Under the pieces are notes generated by a model. It was not told the origin of the DNA and ran no database searches. It saw only the letters and a program-made list of their open reading frames with translations. From Lepidodermella squamata (taxonomy: Eukaryota > Animalia > Gastrotricha): a DNA stretch of 64,000 nt. The stretch is from NCBI GenBank assembly GCA_047495785.1, contig JBLDXI010000017.1:1612001-1676000 (forward strand). Reading direction: 5' to 3'. The position numbers were made by a program, and so were the translations under genes. Below, in pieces: positions 58,410-64,000 of the stretch. Position 1 is the stretch's first letter. Each line of letters opens with the position of its first letter.

Positions 58410-60668
58410 TCATTGTGCACCCTGGGCGAAAAAACTCGCGCCCGACGGCTTTTTCGGGATCGTCGGCTTCGGGCCGATGGTAGGCGGTCCTCCGGCCGTG
58501 CTCTGCCCACCGGTTGACGAGAAGTAGCGACCGCTGATCGTTTTCCGCTCGCGATTTTTCGGCTCTGGCCTCGCGCGGTTGAGGATTTTCAAGAAGTCAT
58601 TGGTCTTTGTTCGCATTCGTTGATGAATGTAAGCCTGAAATAGGAAAAAATTACATTAAAAATGAGCAATAAATTCAATCTAAGCACATTATTAATCAAT
58701 TAAACATTAGTTCTCGTCTTCCCAGAACCAAATTTTGGAATTTTTAATGGAACTTTCAATGGTGGTATGGTCGACCAACATAATTTTAAATAAGTAGTCA
58801 TTAAATTTAGCGTAAAATTCTGCGTAAGACGCAGTGTTCACTTCCGAATTAATGCTTAGGCTGAAATTCCTAAAATTATTCGAAAAGTGACTCTATGCAT
58901 ATTTCGTGTTTGGTTCCGCTCACCTTACATTTGGTTCCGATAAAGGATATTTTGATTAAAAAATTATACAATTTCGAATGACAATTCGATCGATCTCTTT
59001 TTGAGCTATCGTATTTACAGGGGATCCAATATTTTTCATTTCAATTCAATAAAAAATTATTAGGTAAATATCTTTTATCGGAACCAAATTTACGGTGAGC
59101 GGAACCTAACTTGCATTTTGCGGAACCAAAACCAAAGTCGAAATATGCCAAGAGTCATTTTTTTGAATAATTCTACGAATTTTAGGCAAAGCATCAGTTC
59201 TGAATTGAACACTCTGTGTTATAGAGAATGTTACGCTGAATTTACTTGTGATTTCTTTAGAATTATTGTGGTCAATCTTGATACCCAAGAAATCTTCGAA
59301 AAGTGACTTTAGGCCTCTACAAAATTCAAAAATTTGGGTCCGGTATATTTCCGGTTATTCAGTTAATCTTCCTCTGAATTTTCCGATTTTTTTACCAACT
59401 GAAGTAAAATTGATAAAAAAAGAGGAAGTTTCCTATCAGTTGAATGCGCCAATTTCCACAAATTATGTTAGCTGTAAACGGTTTTCGATGTTTCCTACTG
59501 TTTTGTAAGTGCCCGATGCAATTGCTCATTTTAGGGCCGAGGCGAGCCACGTGGAAATGATAAACAAATCCCGGTTAAATCAAATCGCTACCGTGTAAAA
59601 GTCATTATCCCCATTCATTAGTTGCACATTTGTTTACATGCGAGATTCAACTAGCCACTCGACTATACGGTACTATAACAACACTACGCTATTATGCATC
59701 CAGACCAGCTATTTGCAACATGGTACTGCAGCTTAGCTTTTACAAATTACCATGGCAGAAATGCGAAAAAAATGACGAACCTTGGAACATTTGATGTGGT
59801 AATGAATGTAGTTTCGTAGTGTTAGCACCAAATTGGCTGAATTTTCCGCCGCCGGGCCGGCCTTGATGTGATGAGGGAATAGAATGAAGGTGATGTATGA
59901 CAACTCGTTGCCCTCCGCCGTCGTCACCCGCAGCCCGGGCACGTTCGCCAGCTCGGCCGGCGGTTCGCGCGAGCTGTAGAGCACCTGCGGCGCCTGGGCC
60001 AGTTTACGCTTCGCCTCCTTAAATTCCTGCAGAAACACCTTACTGATGACGATATCATCCGCATCGGAGAAAACAGTGCCGAAAACAACGGTAACTCGGT
60101 CGTACTGGGCTGATACGAAGAGCACCTCATCAGACCGGTAGTGGATAACAGCCGGGGCGGGCGGCTGCGATAGCGGCGCTGTTGATTTGTTAGCTTTTTG
60201 CGCGGCAACTTCCGCCGCTAGAGCGTAATGCGCCTTAAAATATTTCTCCATAACGGCGGCGAAGCACTTCGCGCGTAAAAACGACGCCTTTTTAGCTAGA
60301 GCAGCATGATCGGCGGGCAGACTTGCCAGATCGAAAAGTAACGAAACATTGAATCCAGGCTCGGCAGGTTCGACGTAATACGACCCGTAATGCGCTTTTA
60401 GCACGTCTAAAATGCCGTGCGGTTCTAGTTCGGCGAAACATTTAATAGAAACACTGACGACGACTTTCGATTTGTCGACACTTGCCGATTCAGTGCCGTC
60501 TTCATTCGTCACAGCGGCTTGAGGGTTCGAAATGTGGAAGACAACGCCGTCGAAATCGCAGAAGCGAACGTCGATTTTTTCGAGTTTTTTCTCCTTACTA
60601 ACAGCGGTCGCAAACAGCTGAGTCAACAGCTCTTCCACACATCGATTGTGAATATCGATGAGAATCAT
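58410..60668 (-). CDS. ARPC2: Arp2/3 complex subunit 2 (p34); exons 60668-59781 and 58634-58410
   Basis: DFDGVVFHISN, DRVTVVF, KVFLQEF, APQVL, RNYIHYHIKCSK|AYIHQRMR..FLKILNRARPE. Confidence 0.96.
58721..59344. mobile_element. Long-arm inverted-repeat (foldback/MITE) element in the ARPC2 intron
   Basis: Left arm about 58721-58952 is reverse-complementary to right arm about 59066-59344 (e.g. ggttccgctcacc / ggtgagcggaacc; tttggttccgataaa / tttatcggaaccaaa). Confidence 0.8.
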
Positions 60669-61089
60669 TATTTGAATATAAAAAACCTAAAAAAATTACA
60701 ACAAAATATATTAAAAATCGTTTATTCATAGAAAAATTCCGCTAAATTCTACAGAAAAATCAGCAGGAAATATGATATCGGCACCAAGGAGATCTAGTTT
60801 TAAAGGCACAAGGGCAAAATAGCTATATCTAGCAAATTGAGCGAAATACAGGTCTAATCGCTAGAGGAGAAAAGCGACGGCCGGTATGCAGGCAACCGTC
60901 GGTGTAAATATTCGGATTTTTTTAATAATCAAAAATTCCACCATAATATCAGGAAAAAATATTTTCCGATCATCTTGCCGCAAAAACAACATGTAAATTG
61001 AGTATAGCTAGTAATAATGAGTGAAAAAATGTTGAAGCAATCACACTTGGCACGGAGTATGAAGAGAACCCTGGGAAAAATTGTCATGA

Positions 61090-63828
61090 CTAGATGAGAC
61101 GAGGCGGCTTTTCAAGCCAACGCAACAGCAGTTCGTGTAAGAAGCAGTACTCATCCACTGAAACTACGCTACTCGGCAGCAAACGCCGCATCGACGCAAC
61201 AGTATCAAATATCGATTTCGTCGTGACTGAGCTAGAGCTCGATTGCTGACTGCTCAATTGGCGGAAATTTCGCAGCAAAACGTGGCTGACAATGTAGAGA
61301 CTACATAACTGAACAGCACCATTTGTTGCAGCCACGGCGATGGTAGAAATCGAATTCATGACAGTGCAACTGACATCAGTTGCGACGATTTCATCGACAA
61401 ACGCTCCGAAATCTAACACTTTCGACGTGAAATCGCCAAGCCAGCAGAACAGCCAAACAGTTTTACTCAAGTGATGCGATGTTTGATTCGCAAATTTAAC
61501 GTGAACACCAAACGTTATGCAAGATTCAGACCGGCTGGCTGAAAATAGCGACAGAAATAGCTCTTTGCCAACAGCCACCGATTCGCCATGCACAAAATCT
61601 GATTTCAGCAGAGACAAAACCGGTTTGTTTTTCGGTGATTCATTCGATAGAAATTCAACGTTGAGTAAAATCAAGATATTCGCAGCATTTGTCCAAAAAT
61701 CTTCGCTCTCTAAATCGGCCTCGGATAGGCTTGGGCAGACTAAGAACCGGACAGGCAAGCCAAGATCTACAGTCAAGTTCGTTTTTAGGGCGGATTTCTC
61801 CAAAGAAGGTAGCGCACTGAATTCCAGCTCAAGCTCAGGGCGATTATGGAGTTTTTGAACCAATTCAAGGCAGTAAATTCTCGCAGCTTGCGACGCTCGA
61901 CGCTTGAAATTCGCAGGCAATGTTTTAGCTTGGAAATAATTTGATTTACTAGGCAGTGCCGTTAAATCGTCAGCGCTTTCAGATAAATCGCAATTTTGAG
62001 ACGGTGAACTCGCTGTTTTCTTGTCCAAGTGGCACTCAGATCGGAATCTATCGATGTAGGACGGATCAGAGGAAATTTCCGACGAAACGCTTCTCGGAAA
62101 TACGAGAGATGAACAACGATCTGTTTCGAGTAACTGATGGCTGGTCGGCTCTGACGGGGCGGTGGGAGATAGAAATTTAGCCGCCGCGTCGGAAGAATGT
62201 CTCAGCAAGTGCGGCTGACTCAACGCTAGATTTGGTCTCGAAATCGCCGGGACGGTCCATTCACTCCGGTTGATGCTGTGTTGACTGCTGAAATAGCACG
62301 TGGTCGATTGTTCCATGGCGGCCGGGGTTGAAATCAACGGCCTAGACGCTGCGAGTCGCTTCTTATGCGGCAAATTCATCGCACTTACGCAATTCGTTCG
62401 AGATATTGGTTGCATTGCCGTTGGTTGACGCAAGACCGGCGTCGATTGGGCCAGAATTGACCCGTAAATCAGTGGGAACGTCGATTCTTCACCGCTGGAT
62501 CTCAAACTGAATGCATCTATATCTGGATTAGTCATCGTGCCGTCGAGTCTCGCGAAAATATTTGCCTCTGATGCGAATGGAAAGTATGGGTTAATACTAC
62601 CCTGCATTGCGCTATTTATGTCTCGTCGCATCCCAGGGGACCGAACGCGACTCAAGTCCTCAGACGATCGGGCAAATAAATCGCTTATCGCCTCAGATAA
62701 TTTAGCACTCTCGCCGTCGAATTGCAACAACGAGCGAGGGACGTGTACTAAAGGCTGAAATTTTAAGGAGGACCTCTGCCAGTGTTTCCCGTGATTCCGC
62801 TGCGAAAGAGCCGATTCACAGGCTCGAGTTGCACCTTCCGGAGAACTAAGCGCTAACAACAACGTGCGTCTTTTCACATTTGGATGGAATTCGATTTGCA
62901 ACAATTCTGCTTTAGAAGCAATTTTCGTGACCATGTTCCATTCAATGATATGATTCGAGGAAATTTTCGAGCGTTCTACTATAACGCCTGAGCAAGAGAA
63001 ACTGACTAGGTAGGGCAGTTGGCTGGTCAGTGAGGTACCGGCGAATCTCTCAACTCCGTAACGAGGAAGCAATTGGCATTGTTGGATAAATCGGAGTTTG
63101 GTCTGATCAACGGTTAGACTGGAAATAACTTTGAGCGCAATTTGGACATATGGAACCAGGACTTTGACAGAAATGACTTGTTTCGGAAGGACGGCGGCCA
63201 GTTTTCTCTCAAATTCAATGCCCGGCATGGCATGGGATATTAAAGTCAAAGAACCAACTAATTGAAAATGCGTCGTTACTAGGAATTTTCAATAATTGAA
63301 AAAATTTACCGTGTAATAGATATGAAGACAGTGAAACGACCTCAGCAGCAGAACGAGTCAATTTTCCCTCGGTGAAATCGCATTTCAACTGGTAGTACAT
63401 GAAATTGCGGAATACGTCATGGTCAAGCAGGGCGTCAGGAGCACCATAAAATCTTATTCTCAGCAGAATAGTAAAAAGACGCTTTTCGCCAGGTCGCTTG
63501 GACGGGGCCGTTGTGGCACTCAGTTGCTCGTAAATGCTTCTTCGGTCATCTATCCAACATCTCTCGCCGAATAACTCGTATTGGAGTCCAAAATATATAA
63601 TCTAAAGGTTACGAAGTGAAAACAATCGGCGAAACTATCTGGAAAGCCTACCGCTTCATCTGGAATTCCCATACTGCGCAACGCTTGCCTGATGCATTGA
63701 TTACCGGTAGTTTCAGCGCTTATTTTGAATTCGAAGCCACCGCGGTAAAGAGAACGGATTCGAATAATGCAGTCATTTTTCCTAGTGCATAGGCACTTGT
63801 CTTTCGGGCAGCCAGTCGAACAAGGCAT
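61090..63828 (-). CDS. FERM plus degenerate PTP-domain protein, PTPN14/PTPN21 (Pez)-like; introns 63651-63602, 63309-63258; may extend 5'
   Basis: FERM motifs (TTGNQC, YFGLQY..W, LRIRFY, YYQLKCD, LPRYGVERF); PTP-like tail 'VASMRR..VVSVDEYCFLH' ending -RLI as in PTPN14/21. Confidence 0.75.
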
Positions 63829-64000
63829 GTTGCTAAACCACTTGAGCTTCAAATTGTTCTCACTACATTTTTTAAATGCGACCTAAAAAAAGCAAAGCAA
63901 TTCATATCAACGTTTAACTTCTTGAAGCAAATCGAGATCAAGCACTTTTTCGTAAAAATATTAATAAAACTGAGATGGCATTCCAACAATAAATCTCTGA

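Noticed and set aside
1-64000. tRNA, rRNA, CRISPR arrays or prokaryotic operons
   Set aside because: None recognised; the window is intron-containing animal DNA. Small ncRNAs cannot be excluded without a covariance-model scan.

Overview
Eukaryotic (invertebrate metazoan) DNA from a very compact genome; I cannot name the taxon. Most introns are 48-62 nt GT-AG, so the ORF track fragments nearly every gene. I rebuilt exon structures by hand from splice sites and reading-frame continuity. 1-19 kb is a same-strand tandem array of 11 divergent rhodopsin-class GPCR genes. They share a conserved 4-Cys N-terminal module and a rewired sodium pocket, and a non-alpha nAChR-like channel subunit with a degenerate ligand site and atypical pore sits inside the array; together a candidate chemosensory locus. 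19-49 kb holds a multi-FAS1 protein, an intronless fucosyltransferase-like gene, a steroid-sulfatase-like gene with a MULE transposase relic in an intron, MEA1 next to a PP2A B56 gamma/delta gene, intronless TPC2, an orphan nuclear-type protein, RMDN and RCBTB. 49.7-57.6 kb contains a cryptic family of five small 4-TM genes plus a pseudogene fragment, interleaved with two secreted Cys-rich genes. The window ends with ARPC2 and a catalytically dead PTPN14/21-like FERM protein. Very short same-strand gaps with unpaired splice acceptors suggest operons and trans-splicing. All homology calls are from motif recognition, not database searches.
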